Origin: Octopus vulgaris
Lineage: Eukaryota
DNA length: 64,000 bases
Assembly (NCBI GenBank): GCA_951406725.2
Contig: OX597823.1
Span: 51,460,001-51,524,000, forward strand
Reading direction: 5' to 3'
The position numbers were made by a program, and so were the translations under genes. Shown here one piece after another: positions 14,548 through 28,390 of this stretch. The first letter of the stretch is position 1. Every line of letters starts with the position of its first letter. Under the pieces are notes generated by a model, which worked only from the letters and a program-made list of their open reading frames with translations, was not told the DNA's origin and made no database searches.

Positions 14548-14829
14548 CGTCAGTAAATGTGACCGATAGTTGCAGAACCACCTACATCGCAAGAAATAGG
14601 AGTAAAATACTCCTGATGCTGTAAAAAGATCGCAAATGTATACACATACGCTGGTAGGGGAAGAAACCGCTCCATGACTGAATAGAGAATCTCACATACT
14701 AGACGTCTAATTTCGCATATTTCCACACTATTCGCCAGTGAGAGCTCTTCTTATAGCACCAGGAGTATTTACTCCTATTTCTAGTAATATAAGTGTTTCT
14801 GCACTCTTTAGTCACATTTAGTGACGATT
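14545..14829. mobile_element. fold-back (MITE-like) element with ~85-bp imperfect inverted arms
   Basis: 14545-14630 is the approximate reverse complement of 14742-14829; adjacent to (TA)n. Confidence 0.75.
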
Positions 14830-15153
14830 TAATTTTTTCTTTACGGTATTAAATTGCACCCTGCTGTTTAGATTATTATATATATATATATATATATATT
14901 AATAAAAGAAATAAAACATATGCATATATATAAACATATATGTACGTACCTACCTCTACATGTACATATACACGCATATATGAGTACAGGACACCAAAGG
15001 GACGTCGAACACATAGAGAAACGAAAACATAGACACAAACCAAAGGAACAGGACATTTTTTTAAAAACAACAAAAAATGGAGTACAGGACAGTTAACACA
15101 ACGAAAAAACCCCTTCTTCAGTCGCTAAGGTTTCATCTACTCTACGTTTCGAA

Positions 15154-15201
<48 letters not shown>

Positions 15202-15799
15202 GTGTGTGTGTGTGTAAGCGTTAATTACCACATGAAATGAAAATCCTTTCTAAGACCAAACCTTTATTATCGAGTCAAAAAGATGTTCGATATGTTCGAA
15301 AATGACTGTCTATAACTTTATGTATACATGTCAAAAAATACATCGTGGCGGAAATTGAATATAGACTCTCCTTAAACCATTTCCATCTGGTTTACATATT
15401 TTTGGTACACAATGTTTGTTATAACATTGGTTATTTCCCTTGTATTTTTCTCTGTACGTTTCTTTACGTCTATTGCTATATGAACGTTCACGTTTAAATA
15501 CCAAGAGCTTTGAACGCAGCTGACAACCGTCTTGTATTTATCTGCTAGTAAAAATGGTGAAACAAATTGACTTGTTGAGGGAAAAACCCTGGGTAGCTGC
15601 ATTTCATTTTAATGTTTTCTTTACTCTCTTAGCTGTTCAAGTATTAATCTACTTGTTGAAGCCTTCATACGTTTCAGTGTTCGTACTAATGCAAGAATAA
15701 TCACTGTACACGAGTAAACAGCTATACATACAAATTACAAAGATCATCTACCATTAGAAATGAAACCAGTGTGTAAAAATGAATTTTGGAGTTATCATT

Positions 15800-16062
15800 T
15801 TCATTTTTTTTCATTTTTATCTAGCTTCAGCTCACAAGCTGTGGCCATGCTGGGGCACCGCCATTCGGTGTTGCTACATGATTTTACTTCACGAATGCTT
15901 TTTAGCAATTGATATTTGGTGCATGAGAGAGTTAGATGCAGCTGCCCTCATCTGCCGTGAAGTTGGTTCATCTGGGACACCTGACAGGAAGAGGTCCAGC
16001 TTTATTTTAAAGACATCTGCATCTCCGCCCCCCATGCAGGTCTCTGAGGTCCTTCGGGAGGA
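15800..16062 (-). mobile_element. 3' end of a CR1/L2-group LINE (ORF2 C-terminus, 3' UTR and A-rich tail)
   Basis: Minus strand encodes PKDLRDLHG/(frameshift)/ADVFKIKLDLFLSGVPDEPTSRQMRAAASNSLMHQ...stop, then GGCGGTGCCCCAGCATGGCCACAGCT..AGCTGAA and an A-rich tail; clade assignment is from memory of the motif. Confidence 0.7.
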
Positions 16063-16673
16063 TATATTTTAAAACAATATTTTGGAATAATTTAATTAGT
16101 TATATTACAAAAGAAGTTGTAAACTTTTTGTATTGTTTATTATATGTTGTTCCTTGCGTTGGATATTTAAAAGATTTTACATATAGACACATAAAAAAAA
16201 CATACGCACTACAGTCATATCAAATATGGAAAATTCTTTAATCTGGAGCTAATCCCCGTTCTCATATAAATATGGTCTCAGTTTCCATTTTGTCATTGGC
16301 ACATCCTTTATAGTCAGAAATAACTTCAGTACACCAAGAATTTATGTTGTATGGTATTTGATATGTCTATATTTGTCTATGTTATCCATATGCATAACAC
16401 TGGCTATACTGAATCATTTCTCATATCTAAATTTTGTTAAATGCCAATATATGTGCGCGTGTTTGCGTACACATATGCATACACACATACACACAAACAC
16501 AAGCATATCTTCAATTGCATATAGGTGTGAATACATATATAATATCTTCGAAATTGCGAAGATGATCCGGTTTTTGACTGAAGATCGAAGGCTTCGAATG
16601 TCCCGTCCGTTTTTTTGTATCGTCTTCTAAATGTTTTGCGTTCTTGTCCCAGTTTGTGCTTTTTTACATTTAT

Positions 16674-16730
<57 letters not shown>

Positions 16731-17416
16731 TTATATATGCGTGGTGAATTGTAGTGGGAAATATAAAAAGAAGGATAAAGCACAGGAATTTTATGTCTCT
16801 CGTACACACACACACACAGAGTAAGCTGAAACCTCTCCTTTTTCCATCGTGTCTCTCTACCTCCCACTAAATACACTAACAGTTACCAGTTACTCCCAAA
16901 TACTATTCTATAGACCCCAAACACATATTTCTATTAGTTCTTCCCTAGAATTTCCAAGAACTCTCTTTAAGTCTGACTCGCTCGTTTTTCTTCTCTTTTA
17001 CGCTCGCTGTCTTTTACATTATAATAATGAAAGTTGCAACTATGCGAATACTATTAGTGCATTTATGTTTGTCATTTCTACCTCCCCACCCCGTTCCATT
17101 TACCATTTTACCTCTTTCTTCCTCTCTCTAAATGGCTTTTAATTTATCTATTGATCTATCTATCTCTCAGTCACAGTTTATATATTAAACCATCTCTCAT
17201 TCAAATGATTCATTGCCACTCATCTACTGCTTCCTCTCAATCTATCAAAAGTTCCCCTCCTCACCCCTCTGTCTATCTATATATCAATCTGCCCATCCTT
17301 TTTATGGACTACTCTTCTCTTTATATCGCTGAGCTCTCTCCCATTCTCCCTTTCTGTCTGTTACACACACATACACATGCACACACGTCTATCTGTCTAT
17401 CGATATATACATACAT

Positions 17417-17452
<36 letters not shown>

Positions 17453-17581
17453 GCTGTCTGTCTTTCTGCCTGTCTATATATATATATATATATTATACAC
17501 ACACATATATATATGTAATATAATATATATATATATGTGTATATATATAATATATATATATTGTATATATATATATATGTG

Positions 17582-17731
<150 letters not shown>

Positions 17732-18598
17732 ATTATGTACACGCACATGTATGCATGCGACCCTCTTGCTTTCTTTTGTCATTCTTCTAGTGCAAACCCA
17801 CCTTCCACCATCACCACCAACAACGTACACAAATCCGCGCACGGGGCTTATTCTCCCTCTTTTTCCTTCTCACTCTCCTTCTCCCTCTTTCACTCTGTCT
17901 TTCTCTCTCAATATTCCCTTACACCTCCCAGGTTTCTATCTCATCCATATTTCTATCTATATTGCCATCCCTGACCCACAAAGTTCACTCTATCTCTCAA
18001 CTCACCGCTCCCATGCTTTATATCCTTATCAACTTGATCCCGTTTAACATGGTATCTACCAATACATCTACTAGTTACTCACTGTGGTTGCTAGTATGTT
18101 GTTTCTCATCTGTCTGATTCACTAATATTATCCCCCTTCAACTTACTGTCTCTTCTCGCTACTAATCGTCTCCCAACAATTTCCCTTCTCTATTCTGCTC
18201 CATGCCTTTTTCTTTCCTCTCTCAGTTACTCTAAAATATAATCTGAAAGTGCATATGTTCCTCTGTCTATGCTTAGAGCTATGTCTGTTTGTAAAAGATT
18301 ATGTACGTTTGTAAAATTGTACGTGTATGCTGCCTTGTTTTAAACAAAATATAAGTAAATATTTCTCTGATCCACTCTACACACACACACATATGTATAT
18401 ATGTATGTATGTGTGTATATATGTGTGTATGTATGTATATTCAAATACATACATACATACTTATATATATATATATATATTTGTGTGTATGTGTGTGTGT
18501 GTGTGAATTTTCAATTTACAAAGAAATTGATTTGTTTATCAATAAAAAAACATGTCTGAAACGGCTGTAATGAACATCGGCCCATCAGGTTATCAAAT

Positions 18599-18932
18599 GC
18601 GCATGGCTCAGTGGTTAGAGCGTCGAGCTTACGATCGTGAGGTTGTGAGCTCGAATCCCGGACCGGGCTGCGTTTTGTGTTCTTGAGCAAAGCACTTTAT
18701 TTCACGTTGCTCCAGTTCACTCAGCTGTAGAAATGAGTTGCGACGTCAGTGGTGCCAAGCTGTATCGACCTTTGTCTTTCCCTTGAATAACACTAGTGGC
18801 GTGGAGAGGGGAGGCTGGTATGCATGGGCGACTGCTGGTCTTCCATAAACAACCTTGCCCGGACTTGTGTCTAGGAGGGTAACTTTCTAGGTGCAATCCC
18901 ATGGTCATTCATGACCGAAGGGGGTCTTTACC

Positions 18933-18937
<5 letters not shown>
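18599..18937 (+). mobile_element. tRNA-derived SINE, family 3 (full length)
   Basis: A box TGGCTCAGTGG, B-box-like GCTCGAATCCC, central TGTGTTCTTGAGCAAAGCAC...CACTCAGCTGTAGAAATGAG; second copy at 24833. Confidence 0.9.
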
Positions 18938-19000
<63 letters not shown>

Positions 19001-19139
19001 AGGGTGCAAAATTGAATATTAATTTGATTTATATAAATTTAGAACCAGTTGTCTCGTCAGTATATTATAATCTGAAGATTAACAAAAATTATATTACATA
19101 CATATGAAGGATGACCACTACATGGACATCCCTCTTATA

Positions 19140-19194
<55 letters not shown>

Positions 19195-19328
19195 TAATGG
19201 GACGAACTTTATTACAGCTGTTTCAGATGTGTTTTTGTTTTTGATAAATCAATTACATCATGTAAAAAAAATGAGTGTCTGCATGATACTAACAGAGGAG
19301 GTGTAGCAGCGTTCCTGGCTTTCGGTAA

Positions 19329-19719
19329 TCTTTATATATAAAAGTGAGGTTGTGTGTCTGTCTGTCTCCTACGATTTAGATTCCTAACTACTACGGTGCA
19401 GTTTAACCAAAACCGAGTATCTTATAGTCGTGATTCATATCGAGCCCTTCTGGGTATTAGGGCGCGTCTACGATGAGTCTACGATTTAAAAAAAAATTTA
19501 CCATCAATTTTTTCCATTTTTAATGCATTTTTGGCATATATAAGGGAAGTAACTCTCTAAAAATTTATTATAAATCTCAGAACGTAAAAAGCTACAGTAA
19601 CCCCCCCCCCCCCCTTTGTGGTTAGCCATATTGAGATGGCTATTATACTTTACATCTTTAAAAATGCTTATATAGTTATTTCCCTTACAAACCGGAGCAA
19701 CGCCAGGCGATACTGCTAG
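19329..19719 (+). mobile_element. non-autonomous Helitron
   Basis: Starts TC(TTTATATATAAAA) after an A, has a GC-rich subterminal segment, ends CTAG followed by T (A|T insertion). Confidence 0.75.
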
Positions 19720-20044
19720 TAGAAAATACAGGAAGATCAATTAATTATGATTTTATTCAACATATTCCCATCTCAGATTCACACACTTATTGCACAGGCC
19801 TTCAGTTTTTCTTTTTCTTAGCTCTGTAAAAGAACTGGGAAGGTTGCACCTTCAACCAGTCCTTTCGCGATACCATTAAAGCCAGTAACTTTTCAGCGTC
19901 TCGTATACATAAAGATGGCACTGCATTTAAATTGATGTATTGTTTGGATTGTTCAATTAAATGGAGCCGGTTGAAACGGCCGTATTGCATCACTACTTGA
20001 TATCCTGTTGATTATTTTGTTTTATATATAATAATAATAATAAT

Positions 20045-20103
<59 letters not shown>

Positions 20104-20108
<5 letters not shown>

Positions 20109-20306
20109 AGAATTTACGGAAAAAACAAAAGAATAAGACAGGTGGTGTACAAAACAAACAGATATATTAGTATAACGCTCAGGAATAGAAAAAGTCTTTT
20201 ACGTTTCGAGCCTACACTCTTCTACAGACAGGAACACAGAAAAAACAAGGAGAGAAACAAGGTGAGAAAAAATGTGTGTAGTGGGTAACGATCTATCATG
20301 GCGACT

Positions 20307-20310
<4 letters not shown>
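20104..20310 (-). mobile_element. short (TA)n-embedded Penelope-like element with variant hammerhead-like motif
   Basis: Minus strand CTGTAGA-AGAGTGTAGGCTC-GAAACGTA-AAAGAC; same family at 34810-34950 and 47140-47242. Confidence 0.6.
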
Positions 20311-20372
<62 letters not shown>

Positions 20373-20376
<4 letters not shown>

Positions 20377-21349
20377 CGGTCAAAATGTTCAGAACGGCGT
20401 TGTTTTCGCCAGAAAAGTAGGTATAAGTTTTTATCAAAGTTGTTTTGTGTTTTATAATTTTCATAGACAATAAATACAATATTAATTGTTATTGTCTGAG
20501 ATTTTGGTGTAATTTGAGAGGATAATACAAAAGTTATGGATGATTTAGTGATTTACTGCAAAACCCATGGCGGCCAAAATGATCAGAACGGTTGAAAAAA
20601 CAACAAAATAATAAAAAATGATAGAGAATATTGGAATTTTTTAATATTTAGTGTGAAGCCCTTTAGCTTCAATCACACTTTGACATCTTTGACTGCATGA
20701 GGAAATTAAATTTTCAATTTCTTGCTAGGTGATCTTATTCCATTCTTCCTGAAGGGCATTCCATAATTGCTCGGTTGTTTTAGGATTTCTGGCTTTCGAA
20801 CGTTCTCCTAGAATATTCCACACATTTTCAATAGGATTGAGATCTGGGCTTTGAGCAGGCCAATCCATAATAATAACCTTTTCAGCCTTGAGGAAGTTCA
20901 TGACCACCTTAGCCTTGTGACATGGGACATTGTCCTGCATGAATATGGGTGGTCGCTTAGTTGAATTTCTCAGCACAGGCAAGACATGATCTTTTACAAG
21001 TTGTTTATAAACTCCTAAAGTACACTGCAGATATACTTACTAATGTTTAGTAAACTAACCATCACGTAAACAAATTCAAAACATTAGAGTTCGCCGGTTA
21101 AATATACTAAAACACGGAGTAAAAGCAACCGTTCTGATCATTTTGGCCGCCATGGGTTTTTCAGTAAATCACTAAATCATCCATAACTTTTGTATTATCC
21201 TCTCAAATTGCACCAAAATCTCAGACAATAACAATTATTATTGTATTTATTGTCCGTGAAAATTATAGAATATAAAACAATTTTGATAAAAACTTATACC
21301 TACTTTTCTAGCGAAAACAATGCCGTTCTGAACATTTTGGCAGCAACTG
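20373..21349 (-). mobile_element. internally deleted Tc1-like DNA transposon with ~220-bp IR/DR terminal repeats
   Basis: 20373-20594 is inverted to 21126-21349; each TIR has two CAAAATG(T/A)TCAGAACGG direct repeats; DDE fragment FMQDNVPCH...WPAQSPDLNPIENVW at 20725-20982. Confidence 0.93.
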
Positions 21350-21383
21350 TGTGTGTGTGTGTATATATATATATACACTATAC

Positions 21384-21416
<33 letters not shown>

Positions 21417-21812
21417 CACTTACATATATACATACACACACATATATATATATATGTATGTATATATATATATATATATATATTCACTTCGTTTTTGGCG
21501 AGTAGACACAACCATTAGCACCCCGGGCAAAATAATTAGAGGCACTTCATCCGTCTTAAAGTGCTGAGCTCAAATCTCACCGGGGGCCCATAAAATTAGT
21601 ATCAGAGTAAATTGCTGGCCTTGTGCCAAACTTTGAAATCCGTTTCTGTTTATATATAGGAACACACACACACACACATGCATGTATAGAGAACAAAAAT
21701 TTATTTTCAGGAACTTATAACATATTTTCAGATTTTAGCCGAGCAAATTGACACCAGGACATACTTTTTTGAAAAACTGATACTCGTTCCATCCGTCTCT
21801 TCTGTTCAACCG

Positions 21813-22068
21813 TTAAGTTACGGAAACGTAATCGCACCAACACCAGTTGTCAAGACAAGAGGTGGTGGAACATAAACGCAAAGACACGCGAGCGCGCACA
21901 CGTATATACGAGGACCTTTTTTCAGTTTTCACCAACCAATTCCACTCACAAATTTTTTGACGACTCAAGGCTATAACAGAAGACACTTGCCCAAGGTTCC
22001 ACGTAGTGGGACTGAACTTGGAACCATGTAGTTTGGAAGCAAACCTCCCACCACACACCCAAGCCATG
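21813..22068 (-). mobile_element. SINE family 1, degenerate and lacking its tail
   Basis: GACACTTGCCCAAGG...GTGGGACTGAAC...GGAACCATG matches family 1. Confidence 0.8.
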
Positions 22069-22959
22069 TATATTAATAGATGAACGCAAAATATCTTGTT
22101 GGTATTAACTGTTTTGAGTTCATCTAATAGTAAATAAGTATATGTATACATGTATACATGCATGATATATGTACGTATGCGTTTGTCTATGTGTGTGTGT
22201 GTGCGTATATGTGCGTAAATGTGTGTGCGTGTACGATCGTGTGCAGGCATATGTGTGTCTATGTGCGTATAGTGCATTCCTGGTGCTATTTCTCACCTTT
22301 ATATGTAGTATATTTAAAGCATTTAAAATTGAGGCAGTTTCTGCATATCGAAATCGTGATCTGGTTAGTCAGTCATCTTGGACACTCGAGAGGAGACTAA
22401 TTGCACAGTATTATCTCGTAACCACCACGCGGCTTTTAATTGTTCGCCATTTTAAATGAACCAAGATAAGAAATGAAATCAGGGAAAGTTTAGGACTGAC
22501 AAATTGTTCATGAAGTTAAGAACACCACTATACGACATGTTTCTATGATAGAAATTTGGCGCAAGGTTATTGATATATAAATCAGACACAAGACTATAGA
22601 ACAAAATACATTCCAACCAATCAAACCTTGTGATTCATACCTTAATTCATTAGCAATGTATTGTTAAACATTTTAGAAAATGTATATCAAACACTTGTGA
22701 ACGTACCTGTGTTCTGTTTTTGCGTATCAAACTTGTCACTTCGTTATTCAGTTTCGACAAATGTGACACAAAATCAAAAGAAGTGAAAATTTATCTTATT
22801 AAAGTTAGAGCAATGTTCATTCTTACAGTCTACGATTTACGACAAAGAAAGGCTTTTGTCACACACACACACATACACACACAATATATGGATGTGTACA
22901 TATATGAATGTATGTATATATGCAAGAATGACAGGACGCTGTCATAACGTTGCTCCTCT

Positions 22960-23132
22960 AAATGGAAACCTTAATTCTTACTTTGGTTTTGTGGCACGAA
23001 GCAAAGTAGGCCTTGCTGTTCACATCAAGGAAGCACTCGAGCAAACTGAACCGTCAACTTGTTTCCCTATGCCGAAAGGTTTGCAAGGCACCAGCAGACC
23101 TCAAGAGACACATTCGTGCCTATAGAACATGA
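22960..23132 (+). pseudogene. decayed C2H2 zinc-finger-like fragment, probably a LINE (RTE-like) C-terminus
   Basis: GFVARSKVGLAVHIK and, after a frameshift, C..CRKVCKAPADLKRHIRAY-stop. Confidence 0.45.
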
Positions 23133-24832
23133 TGGCTGTTTTATTTTACTGAACCTTCATTTTTCGTTCACGACGAGAGAATCCATTATATCAACATGTG
23201 CGTGTGTGTAGGCATGTGTGTATGGCAAGCTGGAAGTGTGTGTTCGTGTGTGTGCGTGCGTGAGTGTGTATGTATGAGAAAGTGCTAGAAAGACAGAAAG
23301 TTAGATAGATTTAAATATATAAACATATATGCATGCATATACGAATATTTAGCTACATATGTATGTATCTATGTATGCGTGTATGTATGTATATTATTTG
23401 TCCCAATACAATTTTGTCAATTGATATATAAAAGTGAAAGGTGGAAGTGAAGTCGGAACTCTAAGGAACTTGGAACATTAAATGCCTGGACAGAGCATTC
23501 GTCTGATGTCAAAGTGCTGACACATGCGACGACGATGGCGATGATGACTGTGGTGGTGGTGGTGGTGCGATGGTGATGGTAGTCTTAGTGTGATGGTGTT
23601 GGTGGTGGCGGTGGTTGTGGTCGTGATTTTGTTGATGGTGCTAATGATGATAGTGGTGATGTTTGTAGCGGTTATGATGATCATGATGATGATGACGACG
23701 ACGACGACGATGATGATAACGGTCGATGATGATGATGGTGATGATGATGTTAATTAGAATTAATTAAAATCATCTAATTGCTCACAGAACAGTGACAATT
23801 ATTATTGAAAGTTTATTAATAATACATTAAATAACGAGGGCAATGAATTGGTAGAAACAATAGAGCGCCGGACTAAATGCCTTACACCATTTAATTTCAT
23901 CTCTTTGTGGCTCGAGTTTAAGTGTCGCCTGTGACACCTTCTGTTTGAGATTGATAAAATAAGTGTCAGCAAATCATTTCATTTGGTTTCATTAACTCAG
24001 TTACAATCACCGACCCACTCTACCCAACAAAAACCAGCCTTGTACCTAGTTAATAGAAATCAATTATTAATTAGATATTGATATCTGAAGATTAATTTCA
24101 ATTTTAGTAAATCATTTATTCATTGTATTTGGCCATATTTCTGGATTGATATACAAATATGTCGAGAACTTAAAATATCTATTAATATATTCTACCAATC
24201 AAAATGTATAGAGACATATAGCATTAGACTGATAGCATAATAGAGATGTAGCAAGGTATTAGTTAGATATATCGTGAACTAATGAGGTAAAACTGTACAT
24301 AAATATTTCTTTCCTTTAGCTAAACAGAAAGAGTGTATTATTTATGGTATTCAAATTATAGTGTATCTTTCATGTCTCCAAAGAGCATTGATATTCAACG
24401 AACGATCAGTTATACGGCATAGTTTTGTGTAGAAGTGGTCATAATTTTAACTGAATACTTTTTTCTACTAGGCTCAAATATTGTGAAATTTTATAGCGAT
24501 CAAATCCGACAGTATAACTGTCACGTTTCAGAAAAGCAAATTAAAAGCATTACAGCTGTAATACTAGTAAATTAACTTAAAATGAGGATTGAAACTACCT
24601 CGGGGTCTAACATTGGTTAACTCATGTATCACGGTGTCCACATTATTCTAAATATTCGTGAGTAGATTTGTTATAAAATTGTATTTTTTTATTGTTAGTA
24701 TAGAGAGGAGGTCTAGTTAGACTGAATGAAATATGCCCAGAGTTGTCACCCATATTTACAAGAGGTTAATAATATAAACCACTATGGTAATGCTTTGCTA
24801 TCTTAATCGCTTTGTCGTCTTTATTGTTTTAA

Positions 24833-25143
24833 TCGGGCTCACAATCATGAGGTAGTGAGTTCCATTCCCGGACCAAGCTGTGTGTTGTGTTCTTGAGCAA
24901 GACGTTTTATTCCACTTTGCTCCAGTTCACTCAGCTGTAGAAATAAGCTGCGGTGTCAGTGGTGCCAAGCTGTATTGGCCTTTGCCTTTCCTTTGGATAA
25001 TATCGGTGGCGTGGAGAGGAGAGGCTGGTATGCAAGGACGGCTGCTGGTCTTCCATAAACTACTTTGCTCATACTTGTGCCTCCGAGGGCAACTTTCAAG
25101 GTGCAACCCTATGGTCATTCATTACCGAAGTGCGTCTTTACCC
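24833..25143 (+). mobile_element. SINE family 3, 5'-clipped
   Basis: Collinear with 18620-18935. Confidence 0.9.
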
Positions 25144-27282
25144 CGCTTTATTTTTTTTTATTTTTGCCAATTAATAGGATATTTTTCGCTTGTACATGAA
25201 ATAAGATGTCACTAATTTGATTATCACTTTTGCAGATAGCGTCCCTTGACGATTTTCATCAGTAACTACGATAATTTTTTAAGACTATTCATGTAAATTA
25301 TTGTTACTCAACACAGTGATTCGCTTAAAACAAATTTGTGAAGTACAGAGAAGCATGTTCTTTACTGAAGTATTTTAATAACTCCGAAACACATCAAGAG
25401 TTTCCATCCTTGCTTCCCAAAATCCGATTGAATAATTAAATTATATTAATCATTGAGCTAATGACTGATATTATTTTATTCTAAGTTAATGTTATCTTCG
25501 TTTTACTATTTCGATATTATTCATTCATTTATTAGATTTTTTTCTCCCTGCTATTAAGCTTCATGGCTAATTATTCAAATTTACAGCTTAGAAGAAGGAG
25601 ACTGTGACATACTTGCTTTTAACAAACAATTAAGTGAAATCCAACACACTTGCTCAGCTCTCTTGCTTAGTTAACAGACCCAACTTGATAAGGAGTCAAA
25701 GCTTGCTGTACGGGATTTGAGTCTAAACTGATAACGTTTTCTTTTGACTTCTCATAAAGGCATAGTATTTTTATGGGAGTGAACATGAATTGGCATCAAT
25801 CAGGAATCAAAACCGTTTCACAGACCCGACTCATTTGGAACGACAGTGAAATATTGCTAATCTGACAAATAGTTAGATCGATATATTGGTAGATTGACTT
25901 TGATAGGTAGAGTGATCCGTAAATATAAACAGAAAGAGAAATTTTGATTAAATGATTGATTAATAAGCCTGGTTTTTAAGGTGATGGAATTACCACAAAC
26001 GGTAGAGAGATCAAGTGGAAGTTTAATGTTATCTAGCTTGGTATCTCTCGTTTGTGAAATAAAATCCAGTCGGGGGCTGCTTTACCTTTTATCCTGCCAA
26101 TATCGATAATATAATCACCAGTAAGATGCTGGAACCAATTAAATCGACTGTAACCAATCCTTTACAAAATGTTAGCCCTGCACCTTGTGAGAGAAAGGAA
26201 TGCTTCGATATGTAAAATCGGTGTGCTTGTAGAAACTATAGAAGGGCAGATTTATGATTTAGAATATTTAATTACGTTCTTACAGAATTAAAATTCCAAT
26301 AAGGTTAACATAGTCTTTCATCACTTCTTGCTAATAAAATTGGTACATACTCCTTCATTGATGCTGGGTGATAAAATTTGTTTGCGTAATAATAGTTCTA
26401 TCAATTATAGCTTTGTTGCTGTTAATATGTTTTAATCAAAAAAAGAATTCGTTTTTCCTGACTCAAATGAATCAATATTATAGGTAGGAAAAGTTAAATG
26501 TAGAAAACTGAAACTTACTATGACCATATTCTTCCCAAAGGAATATGAAAATAGGGGAAATGGGTTCGACTGAGAATCACAGTCATGTTGCAAACTCAGT
26601 ATACTTGATGGAATATTAATATTCAGCGGCTCTCAGCTCACTATATTTTGATATTATATTTGATAGAAAAGTTTATTATTACTAAAAATATAGATCTGAA
26701 ACAAATTGTTACATACAATAACATTATTAACTGTTCCAATTTTATTTGATACCATTCTGTTCTCACAATGGTGATGAGAATGCCCTGCTAGGAATATTTC
26801 ACTCTAGTTTTGTATCTTGGTTTTGAATTCGAATTCCCTGATTCGAGTATTTACATTTTATGTCTATGGGTTCACATAAAATGGCCACTGGTAATATTCG
26901 ATTCTCAATTCGATTCGCTGATTCTCAATCAGTTTCGCTTTTTTAGTAAAAACGAAATCTACTATGTGTTTACAATTTCACTTTGTTTTATTTTCCTTTT
27001 GCTTCTAGTGTCCTGGGAAATGGCTGGAACATCAAAACTTCAAGTTTCGTCTTAAAAGTAATTTACGCCTTAAACGGCTGGGCGTGCATGTGCCAAACGG
27101 GTGAAAAACAAAATAATATCTCATTTTCTTAAGGGTAATGTTTATGCTTTTTCTACTTTAACTAAGTAAAAATAAGCTATGATAATTGTTAGTCTCTGGC
27201 ACAATAAAACTTACAGTCTCATAATCGATAAATACTTTAAAATATTCACTTTCCTTTGCTGATGTCCGTATCCATGTACAAT

Positions 27283-27450
27283 TTTTACCCTGCGCGGGTA
27301 AGAGAAAGCAGGGTATTGTAACTACTCGTCTTTGTCTGTTTGGCTGTGCGTTTGCTAAATTACTGGAAAATGGCTGAACAGATTTTCACCAAATTTGACT
27401 GAAATACTCATTGGGTGAGTGGCTCGAAATGGTGAAAATTTGATTTGATT
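27283..27450 (+). mobile_element. Helentron/DINE-1-like (HINE) fragment
   Basis: Starts TTTTTACCCTGC...GCAGGGTA (short inverted repeat), then a GTCT-like tract and GATTTTCACCAAATTTG. Confidence 0.5.
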
Positions 27451-28150
27451 ATCTTCAAACATACATAAATACATATAAAGATATGCGACTCTATGTGTGT
27501 ATACTTGTGTGCGCGTGTATGTGTATAGTAATGGAATCGAGAGTTTCGTTTATTTTGGAGTTGATTTCCTAATTTCACGGGAGTGTAAATACCTATAATG
27601 GTGATACTTAAAAAAAAAGAATTAAAATCGAACTTACAGATTTCCCGATACGCAAGTGGTCATATCATATATATCCTACAATGAACTACAGTACGTTTGA
27701 TTCACCTACCATCATTGAAAGACGTTCAAAACACATCTCAAATTCTATGCAATATTTTCTATAAGTATTTCATTTTATTTACTTTCTTTATCATATGAAT
27801 CGACTGGTAATGATAGAAACAATATATAAATGTCAAAAATCTGTATATGCGGAAAAAGCAGAAAATCTTTTCGGGGCCTCAATCAAAACAAAGACCGAAT
27901 TGTATTTTGAAATTATGGATAAACATAATGGAGAGAATGACAGAATTGTTATGGAAACTGGTTCTGTCCATATATTTTGTGAGTTTCAATCCGGCTCAGG
28001 TCGACATTTACTTTCATACCTATCAGGTTTGTAAAATACCTAAGCAGTCAATAGTTGAGACGATATAATTGACTATGCACTCTTAAAAAGGGATATCTTA
28101 ACACAACCAGGTTCAAATGGCTGAAAGTATAAAATAAATAAATAAATATT

Positions 28151-28306
28151 GGCACAGGCGTGGCTGTTTGGTAAGATGCTTACTTCTCAATCACATGGTT
28201 CCGGGTTCAGTCCCATTGCCTGACAAATTGGGTGTCTTGTACAGTAGCCTTGGGCAGACCAAACTCTTGTGAATTAATTTGGTAGATGAAAACTGAAAGA
28301 AGCCCA

Positions 28307-28390
<84 letters not shown>

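Noticed and set aside
18599-18670. tRNA genes at SINE heads (also near 12520, 49390 and 50157)
   Set aside because: A and B boxes present but no full cloverleaf; each continues into a SINE body
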